A stretch of 63,978 nucleotides of DNA, the filler included, from Octopus bimaculoides (taxonomy: Eukaryota): assembly GCF_001194135.2 (NCBI RefSeq). It is 8 parts of 8 records of this genome, joined end to end, with 100 filler letters (N's around TTAATTAATTAA, not from the genome) between each part and the next. Parts side by side here need not be neighbours in the genome. Positions count along the whole stretch, not along the records: positions 1 to 19,536 come from NC_068997.1; 7 more parts are not named here. The stretch is one strand, 5' to 3'. Positions 1 through 13,590 of this stretch are shown here, piece by piece. Below the pieces are notes generated by a model. That model was given only the letters and a program-made list of their open reading frames with translations. It searched no databases and was not told where the DNA came from. The position numbers and the translations under genes are program-made. How positions within the stretch are numbered: position 1 is the first letter of the stretch; every line of letters starts with the position of its first letter.

Positions 1-327
1 TATACATACATATATACATACATGTATGTATATATATATATATATGAATTTGTGATTAGTATTGAATAGCTAATTCATTATTAATGCAGTAAAATGTATT
101 AGAAGTCATAGAAATAATGATACAAATGTATAACATACACAGTACAACATATATAATCCATACAGTCAGAGACAGCTGAAAGTGGAGTTGAGTTTCTTTA
201 TCGACATAAAGCCAATAATAATAATGATAATAATAATAATAATGGTTAGTGGTTGTGATGATAGTGGTGATGGCAGTGACTATAACACACACACACACAC
301 ACACACACATATATTCATCTCACTGTG

Positions 328-364
<37 letters not shown>

Positions 365-767
365 TAGTATGAACACATATGCATATATATTTATACATAC
401 ACACTCATATGTACACACACAGAAACACACACACATATATATAGAGAGAGAGTGAGATGGATAGATAGATATGTGAATGCTTCGTTAATTATAAATTAAC
501 AGCTAAGGTTTTATATATAACTGATTTAAGACATTTGCAAGCATTAATTGAAGACAGAAATAAAATGAATAGACACTCTCACAGAATATGGAACCTCATC
601 TTACCGTATTCCAAATGACCCTGTTACTGATTGCCCCAAAGAAAGCCTGAAAGATCTTCTTGACTTCATAATTGTTATGCTTATATAAACCAAAAGTTCT
701 ACCACACAACACCACACCACACCACTAATTGATATGATTAGTTACGTTTCTGGGTTCAAACCCCACC

Positions 768-897
768 AGCTGTAGAAACTCTGCCAGATCAGATTGGAGC
801 TTGGTGCAGCCATCTGGTTCGCCAGTCCTCAGTCAAATTGTCCAACCCATGCTAGCATGGAAAGCGGACGTTAAACGATGATGATGATGATGATGAT
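768..897 (+). mobile_element. RTE-type LINE 3' end (short 5'-truncated copy) with (GAT)n tail
   Basis: Ends ...CCAACCCATGCTAGCATGGAAAGCGGACGTTAAACGATGATGATG, the same terminus as the RT-bearing copy at 52862-55305. Confidence 0.85.
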
Positions 898-984
898 CCC
901 TTACAAAACCTTTTTTTCCAAATTTTAAGCCCCTCCAAATTACAGGCATCTTTATGCATGAAGATTCCTTACATACGTTAAAAT

Positions 985-1540
985 ACAGTAATTGAAGGGC
1001 TGCAGAATGTATTTGTTGCAGCTTTACACGTTCTGAGTTCAAATCCGGCTGAAGTTATCTTCTCTTTTCATTTTTGTTAGGACTTTAAAATAAAGAACCA
1101 ACTAAATACTAAAGTTGACGGTTTTTGACTTACCCCCTTCCTCTCAAAATAGCTCACCTTGTGTCCAAAAGTACAAACAGCTATTAAAGTGACAGTAAAA
1201 CAGTCAGCTGGCAGTCAGTAGCATTTTTTCTACGTTTATGTTCTCAGTTCAAATTCTGCCAAGGTGAACTTTGCCTTTCATTCTTTTGGGAGTTGATAAA
1301 ATAAGTACCAGATGAGCACTGGAGTTGTGACAAAAATTTGGAACCAAAATAACAGTAAAGCAGCCGAGTTGGTAGAATGTTTAGAGCATCAGTAAAAATG
1401 TTTCACTGCTTTTCTTCAGTCTGTTGTGATTGTGAATTTAAATATTGCTGGGGGTCAACTTTGCTTTTCATCCCTTTAGGGACCGAGCTCAGTCTAATTC
1501 ACTAATCTTCCCCACAAAAATACTAGCCCTTTTTCGAAAT
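985..1540 (+). mobile_element. Three diverged SINE family A copies in tandem (about 985-1165, 1195-1330, 1355-1540)
   Basis: Each carries variants of GTTCTGAGTTCAAAT...ACTTTGCCTTTCAT...ATAAAATAAGTACCA. Confidence 0.7.
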
Positions 1541-1544
1541 CAAT

Positions 1545-1758
1545 TTCAAATCTGGGCACAAGACTAGCAATTTCAGAGAAAGGGGTTAAATTAATGATAT
1601 TGACCCCACTTCTCAGCTGGTACTTATTTTATTGACCCTGGAAGGGTGAAAACTAAAATCGACCCCAACAGTATTTGAACTCAGAACATAAAGATTGACA
1701 AAATACTGCTAAGTATTTTTGTCCTGGATGCTAACAATTTTGCCAGTTTACTACCCTT
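1545..1758 (-). mobile_element. SINE family A, diverged
   Basis: Reverse complement of the family A body (TGGTACTTATTTT...GAACTCAGAAC...TGCTAAG...TGCCAG). Confidence 0.75.
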
Positions 1759-2850
1759 ATGTCTGGTTCCTAAATTAAAACCCATTATTAAAGCGACAGC
1801 ACCTAGTTCGGGTAAACACATCCAAATTTCTAATACTCCCAAGTTCTCAGTCATTTAAAAAAAAAAATTTATTATTGTTATTTCTTTCAGAAGAATTTTT
1901 CCATTGTCTTATTTTCATCTGTTTTTGTCGTTTTTTTTTTCTCTTTCTCTCTCTCTTCTTTTATTTTCATCTTCTGTCTTATTTACTTAAATCACTGAAT
2001 AGTCTCTTTGTTTATCATCTTGAACTATTTCGTTTCGCATCACTTGCTATACCCTTTCACCCCAGTCTATTTATTTTGGGGAGTTTTTAGCTTTTACTGA
2101 GTAAATAAGATTTTCTTTTGTATATTTAAGATAATGTCCAATTTTGCCAGTTTCTTTTTACATTTTTTTTTCATTTTGTTAATATTTTTGCCATTTCAAT
2201 TTGAATTTATTTTCTTTGTCAATGTGTTTATATATATTTTTTCCTCTCTCCAGAATGGATCTAATCTATTCTTCTGTTATTTCTATCATCCTCTTCGGTT
2301 ATTCCATGGACTATTGCACAAATTATCTGATATATCACACTAATTTGTATTTTATTCTTTTTCTGTGAGTATGTAGATGTTGTTTTCTCAAATTCCAGTT
2401 TCGTATCTTCTATCTTTTCTCCTAATTCCAAGAAGATTACAACCATTGGTGTTTGTTGGTGTCAAAGAGTATTTTCTTTTTATAATTGGGGAGACAAAAT
2501 TGGTAGAGCATTAAACAAAAAAAAAAAAAAATGGCGGATTTTGTGATATCTCCCACCCCAGGTTTTCTGCTGAGTTAAAACACATTGAGATAAATTTTAC
2601 CTTAACCCTTTGCTATTCAGATTTCTGTCAAATATGCTTATTTATTTGCATTAAAAAAAATTCAAATTGTATTATCTCTTAGCTTGGAGATTTCGAAGCT
2701 GAGTACAATGGAGCAATGTGAAGTAAAGTGCCTTGTTGAAGGACACAATGCACCAGCAGGAATCTATCTTATGACTATACAACTGTGAGCCAGATACTCC
2801 AATCACTGAGCCACGTGCCTTCATGTCTATGTGACTGAGAAAAGACCCAA

Positions 2851-2972
2851 CACCACCATCATCACCACCACCACCACCACCACCGCCACCCGACACCACT
2901 ACTACCACCACAACCACCACCACAACAACCACTACCACCACCACAACTACTACAGCTACCACCACAACCACC
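2851..2972. repeat. (CAC/CAA/TAC)n trinucleotide tract running into a gap
   Basis: Read directly from the sequence. Confidence 0.95.
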
Positions 2973-3931
2973 NNNNNNNNNNNNNNNNNNNNNNNNNNNN
3001 NNNNNNNNNNNNNNNNNNNNNNNNNNNNNNNNNNNNNNNNNNNNNNNNNNNNNNNNNNNNNNNNNNNNNNNNNNNNNNNNNNNNNNNNNNNNNNNNNNNN
3101 NNNNNNNNNNNNNNNNNNNNNNNNNNNNNNNNNNNNNNNNNNNNNNNNNNNNNNNNNNNNNNNNNNNNNNNNNNNNNNNNNNNNNNNNNNNNNNNNNNNN
3201 NNNNNNNNNNNNNNNNNNNNNNNNNNNNNNNNNNNNNNNNNNNNNNNNNNNNNNNNNNNNNNNNNNNNNNNNNNNNNNNNNNNNNNNNNNNNNNNNNNNN
3301 NNNNNNNNNNNNNNNNNNNNNNNNNNNNNNNNNNNNNNNNNNNNNNNNNNNNNNNNNNNNNNNNNNNNNNNNNNNNNNNNNNNNNNNNNNNNNNNNNNNN
3401 NNNNNNNNNNNNNNNNNNNNNNNNNNNNNNNNNNNNNNNNNNNNNNNNNNNNNNNNNNNNNNNNNNNNNNNNNNNNNNNNNNNNNNNNNNNNNNNNNNNN
3501 NNNNNNNNNNNNNNNNNNNNNNNNNNNNNNNNNNNNNNNNNNNNNNNNNNNNNNNNNNNNNNNNNNNNNNNNNNNNNNNNNNNNNNNNNNNNNNNNNNNN
3601 NNNNNNNNNNNNNNNNNNNNNNNNNNNNNNNNNNNNNNNNNNNNNNNNNNNNNNNNNNNNNNNNNNNNNNNNNNNNNNNNNNNNNNNNNNNNNNNNNNNN
3701 NNNNNNNNNNNNNNNNNNNNNNNNNNNNNNNNNNNNNNNNNNNNNNNNNNNNNNNNNNNNNNNNNNNNNNNNNNNNNNNNNNNNNNNNNNNNNNNNNNNN
3801 NNNNNNNNNNNNNNNNNNNNNNNNNNNNNNNNNNNNNNNNNNNNNNNNNNNNNNNNNNNNNNNNNNNNNNNNNNNNNNNNNNNNNNNNNNNNNNNNNNNN
3901 NNNNNNNNNNNNNNNNNNNNNNNNNNNNNNN

Positions 3932-4146
3932 GCTGTCAAGTGATGTTGGGGGGACAAACACAGACACACAAACATATATATATGACGGGCTTCTTTCAGT
4001 TTCCATCTACCTAATCCATTCACAAGGCTTTGGTCAGCCCGAGGCTATAGTAGAAGACACTTGCCCATGATGCCACGCAGTGGGATTGAACCCAGAGCCA
4101 TGTGGTCGGTAAGCTAGCTACTTACCACACAGCCACTTCTGTGCCT
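3932..4146 (-). mobile_element. SINE family B (tRNA-like head, body, microsatellite, start of tail)
   Basis: Reverse complement of GGAGTGGCTGTGTGGTAAG...GGTTCAATCCCACTGCGTGGC...GACCAAAGCCTTGTGA...GAAAGAAGCCCGTC; A/B-box-like head. Confidence 0.85.
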
Positions 4147-5528
4147 ATGCTGAAAATTATTTCAGCCTTCATTTGTTAATCTATTTGTTGTTCAGGCAAC
4201 ATGTCTTGAGAATAGAGATTACAAACGTTTTTTGATCTCACATATCGAAATTTTAATTAAAAAAAAAAAGAATAGTGCTATTATTAGAAGATAAGTGTAT
4301 TTTTTACAATTGGTTGCCTCTGATAAATGACATTAATGCAAGAGAGGAATTAGAAATGTGAATTCAAAAAGTAAGAATACAAAGAATATAATATGCACAG
4401 AATTTCCTTTGGATTGGATTGTCGAAAGTTAAGCCCACTTCAGGATGAGAGCCTCAACGTGTTCCCTTCACCAAAGAATGGCTGGAAACCAAACTGGTTT
4501 GATGAACCTTCTCTGTCACACTGGCACAACATGGCTTGGCAGAGTGATACAGTTTTTTGGTGCTCATGTACAATTTAAGATGACTACATTGACCGTAGAG
4601 TTCAGTTCTTTTCCATATTCGATGTTTTGTTAATCTTTTATGAAGCTCTTACAATTTCTACTCAATGTTGGTTATGTATAGCACTATTTCATTCCTTTTA
4701 GAAATCTTCAGTATGATTTTCTTTTCTTTTCTTTTTTCTTGTTTTAGTTAGAGCTTTAGTTTTAGGTAAATGTTTATAGATAAGTTTTTCACTACATAGT
4801 ATTCCAAAGAGATTTTCTTTCAAAATCCATCGTGAATCACCTAGAAATTCACAGCATATCACTGTTAACACCAACATCATAGGTTCACCATTGTTCATTA
4901 GGGACTATAATTATGCTGAGTACTTTCATTTTCATAATGGTAAATAGAGTACAAATTTACCTGCTACATATTTCCATTAGATGGTGGAACCACAGAGAGT
5001 CTTACAGAATATATCCGGTACTACAGCCGTTGATATTGCAGTTGTTGTTGTTGATGTTTTTTGTGTTGATGGCTGAAGTAGTTTTTGTTTCTTTTCCTGT
5101 TACTATTTTCATTGCTTTAGCCATTGTTGTTGCTTGTGCTATAAATTAGCCATGATACAAACAAGAAGGTTACAAATTAAAAGACTTAACCCGTCTCCCA
5201 GTACAACACCATCATCTCCTGCTCGTCTCATTGCCACCGTTCTGAGAATAATCCGAGATCTTCATGGTCTGCTTCTTATTGCAGCAGCCCATAAATAATG
5301 GTTAATGCATTCCTTTCTTGTTCAAAAACACTCAAAGATCCCGCAAAGGTCACCAACGCTATTTCCTACCGGCTCCTTCAGTTTGACCAAACCACAACAA
5401 AGCGTTCTGACCATATCAATTATTACTGTTGTTGTTGTTGTTGTCATTGTTGTTATTGTTGTTATTATTATCATCATTATTATCATTATTATTATAAAAG
5501 AAATCATCATCATCATCATCATCATTAA

Positions 5529-5738
5529 GGTGGTGAGCTGGCAGAATTGTTAGCTCGCCAGACAAAGTGCTTAGTGGCATTTTGGTTGTCAGTGTGTTCT
5601 GAGTTGAAATTCCGCCATGATTGATTTTGCCTTTCTTTCTCAATAAAATGAATACTTGTTGAGTACTGCAGTTGACATTATTTGACTTATCCTCTTCCGC
5701 AAAATTTCAGGTCCTGTGGCTATAGCAAAAGGGATCAT
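5529..5738 (+). mobile_element. SINE family A
   Basis: GGTGGTGAGCTGGCAGAA head, GTTCTGAGTTGAAATTCCGCC, GGTCCTGTGGCT tail. Confidence 0.8.
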
Positions 5739-5770
5739 TGTCGTCATCGTAATCATCGTCATTGTCATCA

Positions 5771-5804
<34 letters not shown>

Positions 5805-5805
5805 A

Positions 5806-6020
5806 GCAGCGAGCTGGCAGAAATCCTTAGTATGCTGGAAGAAATGCTTAGCGGCATTTTGCTCATCGCTACATTCTGAGTTCATATTCAGCTGAGGTCG
5901 ACTTTGCCACTCATCCTTTTGGGGGCGATAAATTAGGTACCAGTTGAGCACTGGGGTCGATGAAAACAACTAGTCCCCTCCCCACAAATTTCAGGCCTTG
6001 TGCCTTTAGTAGAAAGGCAT
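5806..6020 (+). mobile_element. SINE family A with downstream (ATT)n tract
   Basis: GCAGCGAGCTGGCAGAA head, conserved central GAGGTCGACTTTGCC...GATAAATTAGGTACCAGTT, GGCCTTGTGCC tail. Confidence 0.9.
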
Positions 6021-6024
6021 ACTA

Positions 6025-6045
6025 TTATTGTTACTATTATTATTA

Positions 6046-6079
<34 letters not shown>

Positions 6080-6124
6080 TACTATTTTTTTTATCATCAT
6101 CATTAATATTATTATTTTTTTTTG

Positions 6125-6183
<59 letters not shown>
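6025..6183. repeat. (ATT)n microsatellite
   Basis: Read directly from the sequence. Confidence 0.95.
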
Positions 6184-6403
6184 GTGTTGGTATGAAGTTG
6201 GTTTACTTTTCAGTACTTTGTCGTTGAAAATTCCATTTTCTTATTGAGTGTGAAGTAGAGAATGTTTTGATTCTACCTCTTGCAGATCAAGGGGCAGTGA
6301 AGAAGCTCAGCTCACTGGCTCCATTTTGTTATCATTGTTTCACTTTTGTCATTGTTGCTTTATACCCTATACATACATGCATACACACACGCACACATAT
6401 AGG

Positions 6404-6564
6404 CACAGGAGTGGGTATGTGGTAAGAAGCTTGCTTCCTAACCATGTGATGCTGGATTCAGTACCACTGCGAGGCACCTTGGGCATGTGTCATCTACTAT
6501 AGCCTTGGATTGACCAAAGCCTTGTGAATGCATTTGGTAAACAGGAACCGAAAGAAGGCCATTG

Positions 6565-6570
<6 letters not shown>
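6404..6570 (+). mobile_element. SINE family B, 5' half
   Basis: CAGGAGTGGGTATGTGGTAAGAAGCTTGCTTCC...GAAAGAAGGCCATTG then (TA)(TG). Confidence 0.85.
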
Positions 6571-6629
<59 letters not shown>

Positions 6630-6633
<4 letters not shown>

Positions 6634-7029
6634 TCTTTTATTCTTTTAGTTGTTTTAGTCATTTGACTGCAGCCATGCTGGAGCACCTCCTTGAAGGGTT
6701 TTTTTTAGTCGAACAAATTGACCCGAGGACTCATTTTTCCAAGATTATTCTATCGGTCTCTTTTGACAAGCCATTAAGTTACAGGGACCTAAATACACCA
6801 ACATTGGCTGTCAAGCAGTGATGGGGGTACAAACACAGACACAAATACACACACACACACGATGGGCTTCTTTCAGTTTCCTTCGACCAAATCTACTTGC
6901 AAGGCTTTAGTTGGCCCGAGGCTATAGTAGAAGACACTTACCTTTGCCCCTGGTGCTACACAGTGGGACTGAACTCGAAACCATTTGGGTGGGAAGCAAG
7001 ATTCTTACCATACAGCCACTTCTGTGCCT

Positions 7030-7030
<1 letters not shown>
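6630..7030 (-). mobile_element. SINE family B, near full length
   Basis: Head at about 7030; tail GTCATTTGACTGCAGCCATGCTGGAGCACC at about 6657-6690. Confidence 0.85.
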
Positions 7031-7070
<40 letters not shown>

Positions 7071-7780
7071 TTGATTTACAGCACCTGTTGCAGTTGCTGT
7101 ATTACTATTATTAACTTTGGTATTGTTGATGTAATTTTGTTATTGTTATTATTGTTGTTCTTGTTGTTGTTGCTGGCACCATGTTAATGTTGTAATGTTA
7201 TAGTGCCTTATCTGTTACATGACATTGTTCCCGCAGTTGTTGTTGTTATCATTGTAAAAATTAGTTGCNNNNNNNNNNNNNNNNNNNNNNNNNNNNNNNN
7301 NNNNNNNNNNNNNNNNNNNNNNNNNNNNNNNNNNNNNNNNNNNNNNNNNNNNNNNNNNNNNNNNNNNNNNNNNNNNNNNNNNNNNNNNNNNNNNNNNNNN
7401 NNNNNNNNNNNNNNNNNNNNNNNNNNNNNNNNNNNNNNNNNNNNNNNNNNNNNNNNNNNNNNNNNNNNNNNNNNNNNNNNNNNNNNNNNNNNNNNNNNNN
7501 NNNNNNNNNNNNNNNNNNNNNNNNNNNNNNNNNNNNNNNNNNNNNNNNNNNNNNNNNNNNNNNNNNNNNNNNNNNNNNNNNNNNNNNNNNNNNNNNNNNN
7601 NNNNNNNNNNNNNNNNNNNNNNNNNNNNNNNNNNNNNNNNNNNNNNNNNNNNNNNNNNNNNNNNNNNNNNNNNNNNNNNNNNNNNNNNNNNNNNNNNNNN
7701 NNNNNNNNNNNNNNNNNNNNNNNNNNNNNNNNNNNNNNNNNNNNNNNNNNNNNNNNNNNNNNNNNNNNNNNNNNNNNNNN

Positions 7781-7894
7781 AAAATAATAATAATAATAAT
7801 AATGATGATGATAATGATAATAATGATAATAATAATGATAATAATAATGATGATGATAATGATGATGATGATAATGATGATAATGATGATAATG

Positions 7895-7949
<55 letters not shown>

Positions 7950-8106
7950 TGACGATAATGATAATAATAATAATAATGATAATAATAATAAAAAGAAAGT
8001 ATTTAAAAAATAGGAAAGTAAAAGATAGTACTGGGTCAGCATGGAGCGAGATGATACAATAACAACAACAACAAACAGAAATAATAATAATATTGATGAT
8101 AATAAC

Positions 8107-8147
<41 letters not shown>

Positions 8148-8187
8148 TAATAATAATATTAATAATAATAATAATAATATTGATAAT

Positions 8188-8226
<39 letters not shown>

Positions 8227-8230
8227 TTTT
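7781..8230. repeat. (TAA/TGA)n compound microsatellites
   Basis: Read directly from the sequence. Confidence 0.9.
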
Positions 8231-8717
8231 GTTAAGAAAGTGATAGACAGAATACATAGAGAAAAGAAAAGAGAGAGAGAGAGGTGAGGGTATGGAAGTT
8301 GACATGATGGTGGTGGTGGTGGTGGTGGTGAAAGAATGATGGAAGAAATCTCCAGGAAAAACCAATTGAGTCATTTCCTTTTACATGCAGTATTTAATTG
8401 TTTTGGACATGAGCCAGAATTCTCTAGAAATAACGTTAAATTATTAACTTCATTGACAAAACGCCATTTCGTGATTAGAGGGGCCAACTGGTGAGCAAAG
8501 ACGATGAGAAGCAGAAGAAGCAGAAGAAGAAGAAGAAGAAGAAGAAGAAGAAGGATCTATGGGAGATCATTTGGTGTTTTGTGATGAGAGTGGTGGTCTT
8601 GGTGGCAGTGGTGGTGATGGTGGTAGTGGTAATCATGATGGTCTTGACATTTGTAGCGATGGCGTTGGTGGTCATGTACTTTTTCTTTTGTTTTATGTAT
8701 TTTAGATTTTGTATTCA

Positions 8718-8771
<54 letters not shown>

Positions 8772-10962
8772 NNNNNNNNNNNNNNNNNNNNNNNNNNNNN
8801 NNNNNNNNNNNNNNNNNNNNNNNNNNNNNNNNNNNNNNNNNNNNNNNNNNNNNNNNNNNNNNNNNNNNNNNNNNNNNNNNNNNNNNNNNNNNNNNNNNNN
8901 NNNNNNNNNNNNNNNNNNNNNNNNNNNNNNNNNNNNNNNNNNNNNNNNNNNNNNNNNNNNNNNNNNNNNNNNNNNNNNNNNNNNNNNNNNNNNNNNNNNN
9001 NNNNNNNNNNNNNNNNNNNNNNNNNNNNNNNNNNNNNNNNNNNNNNNNNNNNNNNNNNNNNNNNNNNNNNNNNNNNNNNNNNNNNNNNNNNNNNNNNNNN
9101 NNNNNNNNNNNNNNNNNNNNNNNNNNNNNNNNNNNNNNNNNNNNNNNNNNNNNNNNNNNNNNNNNNNNNNNNNNNNNNNNNNNNNNNNNNNNNNNNNNNN
9201 NNNNNNNNNNNNNNNNNNNNNNNNNNNNNNNNNNNNNNNNNNNNNNNNNNNNNNNNNNNNNNNNNNNNNNNNNNNNNNNNNNNNNNNNNNNNNNNNNNNN
9301 NNNNNNNNNNNNNNNNNNNNNNNNNNNNNNNNNNNNNNNNNNNNNNNNNNNNNNNNNNNNNNNNNNNNNNNNNNNNNNNNNNNNNNNNNNNNNNNNNNNN
9401 NNNNNNNNNNNNNNNNNNNNNNNNNNNNNNNNNNNNNNNNNNNNNNNNNNNNNNNNNNNNNNNNNNNNNNNNNNNNNNNNNNNNNNNNNNNNNNNNNNNN
9501 NNNNNNNNNNNNNNNNNNNNNNNNNNNNNNNNNNNNNNNNNNNNNNNNNNNNNNNNNNNNNNNNNNNNNNNNNNNNNNNNNNNNNNNNNNNNNNNNNNNN
9601 NNNNNNNNNNNNNNNNNNNNNNNNNNNNNNNNNNNNNNNNNNNNNNNNNNNNNNNNNNNNNNNNNNNNNNNNNNNNNNNNNNNNNNNTATATATATATAT
9701 ATATATATACATGCATACATATATATATATACATGCATACATATATATATATACATATATATATGTGTGTGTGTGTATGTATGCATACATGTATGTATGT
9801 ATGTATGTATGTATTTGTATATTTGTACTTATATCAGTTTACATTGAAGGAATAATAAAGCGAAAACAAGAAATGATGACTATAATGAAGATGAGAATAA
9901 GGGAGTGGTGGAGGTGGTGGTGGTTGTTGTGGTGGTTGTTGTGGTAGTGGTGGTGGTAGTTGTCGTGGTAGTGGTGGTGGTGGTGGTGGAGTTAAGGCTG
10001 AAGTGGTGGGAAAGACGAAAGTTATATGCAACCGACTGGAAGTTAAGTGAACTAATGAAAATTGATTGAAAAACAGGGCAAATAATGACATTTGGATATC
10101 TTCCCTAGCTTGAGAAGAAATAGCAAATAGCCAGTTTAGACATTTTGATCATTTCTAAAGGACTAGAAAAGAGAACAATTTAAATATGACCTAACTCTTC
10201 TAAAATTATCATTGTATCACGCTTGAAAGCAATATGACCCACATGTATAAAACAAAACTGAGTAAAAGCACAAACACCCACCCACACATATATATATATG
10301 TATATATGGGAAGACCCACCTTTGATCATGAATGACCATGGGATTGCGCCTAGAAAGTTCTCCTCTGAAGCACAAATCTGGGCAAAGTTGTATATGAAAG
10401 ACCAGCAGACACACAGAGAGATACATAGATACATACATACATATATACATGCAAACAGACAGATAGATACAGACATAGATGCATACATACATAGACAGAT
10501 GCCTACAAACATATACACTCACAAATATCACCGTAAAAGTTATAGGCAAATTGTAGAAGAAAGAAAGCAGTATGACATTGAAAGAATTCAAGTCGAAGGT
10601 CTCCTTGGCAATCAACAACTTCAATAAATATCAAAACAGACATATATATAATTATTGAATTAGAACATTATGAATGTATTTGAATATCTGCGTATAAAAC
10701 AAACTAGCTAAATGTGCATAATTTTCTGTTCAAATACTGAGCCCACATCAGGGCAAAATATCACCTGTCTATGTTTTTGTTTTTGTTGCATTGATATGAC
10801 CGTAGTGTTGTTTCAATTGATGTGCCATTTCATTTGACATTGGACGTTTATTTTTGTTAGCAAATGGGTAAAAAAAAAGATGTGCTTCTGGCTACAATAG
10901 AGATCGGTGATCAGAAATAGCAGCTGAACACAGGACACTCGTCTAGCACTCTAATAATTTCA

Positions 10963-11202
10963 CTGGCAAACTGGCAGAATGGGCAGAACTGGCAGCACTA
11001 GCAGAACTGGCAGCACGCCGGGTGAAATACTTTGCGGTATTTCATCTGTGTTTATGTTCTGAGTTCAAATTCCACCAAGGTTGACTTTGCCTTTCGTCAT
11101 TTCAGGTTCGATAGATTAAGTACGAGTTGTGTACTGGAATCGATCTAATCAACTGGCCCCCTTCTCCAAAAATTTCAGGCCTTGTGCCTTGAGTAGAAAA
11201 GA
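10963..11202 (+). mobile_element. SINE family A with stuttered head
   Basis: CTGGCAGAA-like motif repeated several times before GCACGCCGGGTGAAAT; normal body and tail. Confidence 0.85.
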
Positions 11203-11974
11203 ATAATTCCTCCAGTCTAATGCAATAAACAAATACTTCATTTTCGATCTTCTAAAAATTATCTGCATATGGGATACATTTCCTGTAAGACTTCAAAATG
11301 GTAACCAGCCACTAAGGAGAAACTCAGTTTTTGCTGCAATAAACAAATCTTATGATTTACAGTATTAAGTTCTGTGTTAGACATTTGCACTTTGTATAAC
11401 ATTCTAGAATGTGTTTTACAATCCTTACATGCATATATATTTGCTGCATACTATTGAGATATATGGGTGCACGTGTATGTCTTCATACATACATACATCA
11501 TGCACATACAGACGTATATAACCACACACACATAGGCCAGAGACGTGCCACCTGGGTAGGCAACATAGGCAGTGCCAACCCTAAATAAAATAGATTGACA
11601 GTAACATTTTATTTTTATGGCAAAATACGCACCTAATTCAATAAAATTTTGAAGTTTACTCTGATTACTATGCATAAAATGTAAAATATTTTATTTTTTT
11701 GTACATTAGGTAGCCATAATTCATCCCTGCTTTTCAATCTCAGTATTTAAGCTATGCAAAGTACTGCTGTAGTACATGTGCTGCATACATTCCTACAACA
11801 AAATTTTCATTACTCATTATAAAGGCAGAAGTAAATCTGCCTCCAACTCAGTTGCATGCTTGTGTTTCACATATTCTTTTCTGTGTTTTACTACATAAAC
11901 TGCCTACCCTGAGTAATTACTGATAGCACGTGCCTGACACAAGCATACATATGACTGGTACTCCGCCAGTTATG

Positions 11975-12230
11975 ATAACGAGTATTCCACTTACTCCGAT
12001 CGATGGAATAACCTATCCATGAGTTTATTGTGCAAGTGGCTGAGCACTCCACAGACATGTGTACCCTTAACAATCAGGGATATTCAGTGTGACACAGAAT
12101 GTGACAAGGCTGGTCCTTATGAATTACAGGTGCAGGTCTTGCTCAAGGACACATCACATCTCTGAGAATCGAACTCACGCCCTTGCAATCATGAGCTGAA
12201 TACTGTAACCACTAAGCTACATGCCTTTGC
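11975..12230 (-). mobile_element. SINE family D, diverged/partial
   Basis: GTGCAAGTGGCTGAGCACTCCACAGACATGTGTACCCTTAAC...GTGTGACAAGGCTGG shared with 17245-17631. Confidence 0.75.
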
Positions 12231-12289
12231 ATACGCATATAGGCACAGATCACACGTATACATAAACATGCATACGCCCACACACATAT

Positions 12290-12470
12290 GCATGAACTCC
12301 ACACATACAAGCACTCACACACACATGCATACACGTGCATACACATGCACACACATGCATACACATGCACACACATGCACACACATGCATACACATGCAC
12401 ACGTACATGCACACACACACACACACACACATGCACACACACACACATACACATACACACACAAACAAAC
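12290..12470. repeat. ACACATGCAT-like 10-bp minisatellite grading into (CA)n
   Basis: Read directly from the sequence. Confidence 0.85.
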
Positions 12471-12526
12471 CAGATAAACGAAACATTCAATGTCCATATC
12501 TCACAGCATAGCACTATCACCACCAA

Positions 12527-12527
<1 letters not shown>

Positions 12528-12585
<58 letters not shown>

Positions 12586-12652
12586 AGACCGTCAAATTAC
12601 AAGAACGGCAACAACAACTACAACAACAACAACAACAGCAGCAGCAGCAGCA
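12528..12652. repeat. (CTA)n, (CAA)n, (CAG)n compound tract
   Basis: Read directly from the sequence. Confidence 0.9.
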
Positions 12653-13046
12653 TTAACAAAACCAGCAATATTCCAAGAATGGTCAAATGGAATTAGGTCA
12701 TACAACAGAGTTGATCTATTTGAGAGCCATGACAGGACACTGACCTAATTTAATTACTTCAAAGGATTATAGACAATCCCTTCCAGATCATTAACTTTGA
12801 CCTTAATCTTCCGAAATCTCTTGACATTTTCTTAACCATTTTCTGTAGACTGTATATTAAATGGATACCTAATGTGGATTAGACTCTCCAGCTTGCTTAG
12901 TTTCGGATTAGTTCAGGAAACGTTAAAGCAGCAGACAAAGTCATTTGTTCAGACATCAAAAAGATCTTCCATGTTGAATCCAATGGGAATTTATGGATGT
13001 CTTGCCATGTATCTATATCCGTGTCTTTCTATCTCTTTCTCACTCA

Positions 13047-13105
<59 letters not shown>

Positions 13106-13403
13106 NNNNNNNNNNNNNNNNNNNNNNNNNNNNNNNNNNNNNNNNNNNNNNNNNNNNNNNNNNNNNNNNNNNNNNNNNNNNNNNNNNNNNNNNNNNNNNN
13201 NNNNNNNNNNNNNNNNNNNNNNNNNNNNNNNNNNNNNNNNNNNNNNNNNNNNNNNNNNNNNNNNNNNNNNNNNNNNNNNNNNNNNNNNNNNNNNNNNNNN
13301 NNNNNNNNNNNNNNNNNNNNNNNNNNNNNNNNNNNNNNNNNNNNNNNNNNNNNNNNNNNNNNNNNNNNNNNNNNNNNNNNNNNNNNNNNNNNNNNNNNNN
13401 NNN

Positions 13404-13440
<37 letters not shown>

Positions 13441-13444
13441 TGCT

Positions 13445-13590
13445 GCTGGACTGGCTCTTGTGCAGGTGGCACATAAAATACACCATTTTGGGTGTGGTCG
13501 TTGCCAGTACCGCCTGACTGGCCTTCGTGCCAGTGGCATGTAAAAGCACCCACTACACTCTCTCAGAGTGGTTGGCGTTAGGAAGGGCAG
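13445..13590 (+). mobile_element. RTE LINE 3' UTR fragment
   Basis: GCTGGACTGGCTCTTGTGCAGGTGGCAC...AAAAGCACCCACTACACTCTC..GAGTGGTTGGCGTTAGGAAGGGCA matches the other RTE 3' UTRs here. Confidence 0.85.

Noticed and set aside
478-520. GTTAATT/AATTAAC hairpin followed by GAAG on the minus strand
   Set aside because: The core is incomplete; too degenerate to call a ribozyme.
1880-2460. Purine-rich minus-strand stretch with CNLLGIRRKDR, reminiscent of an RTE C-terminus
   Set aside because: Too many stops and too little motif support to call; a similar weak hint (TDWRPKNSK) at about 44900-45130 was also left uncalled.
4670-4716. CTGAAGA...GAAA ATAG-TG-CTAT on the minus strand (hammerhead-like)
   Set aside because: Helix I and stem II do not pair.
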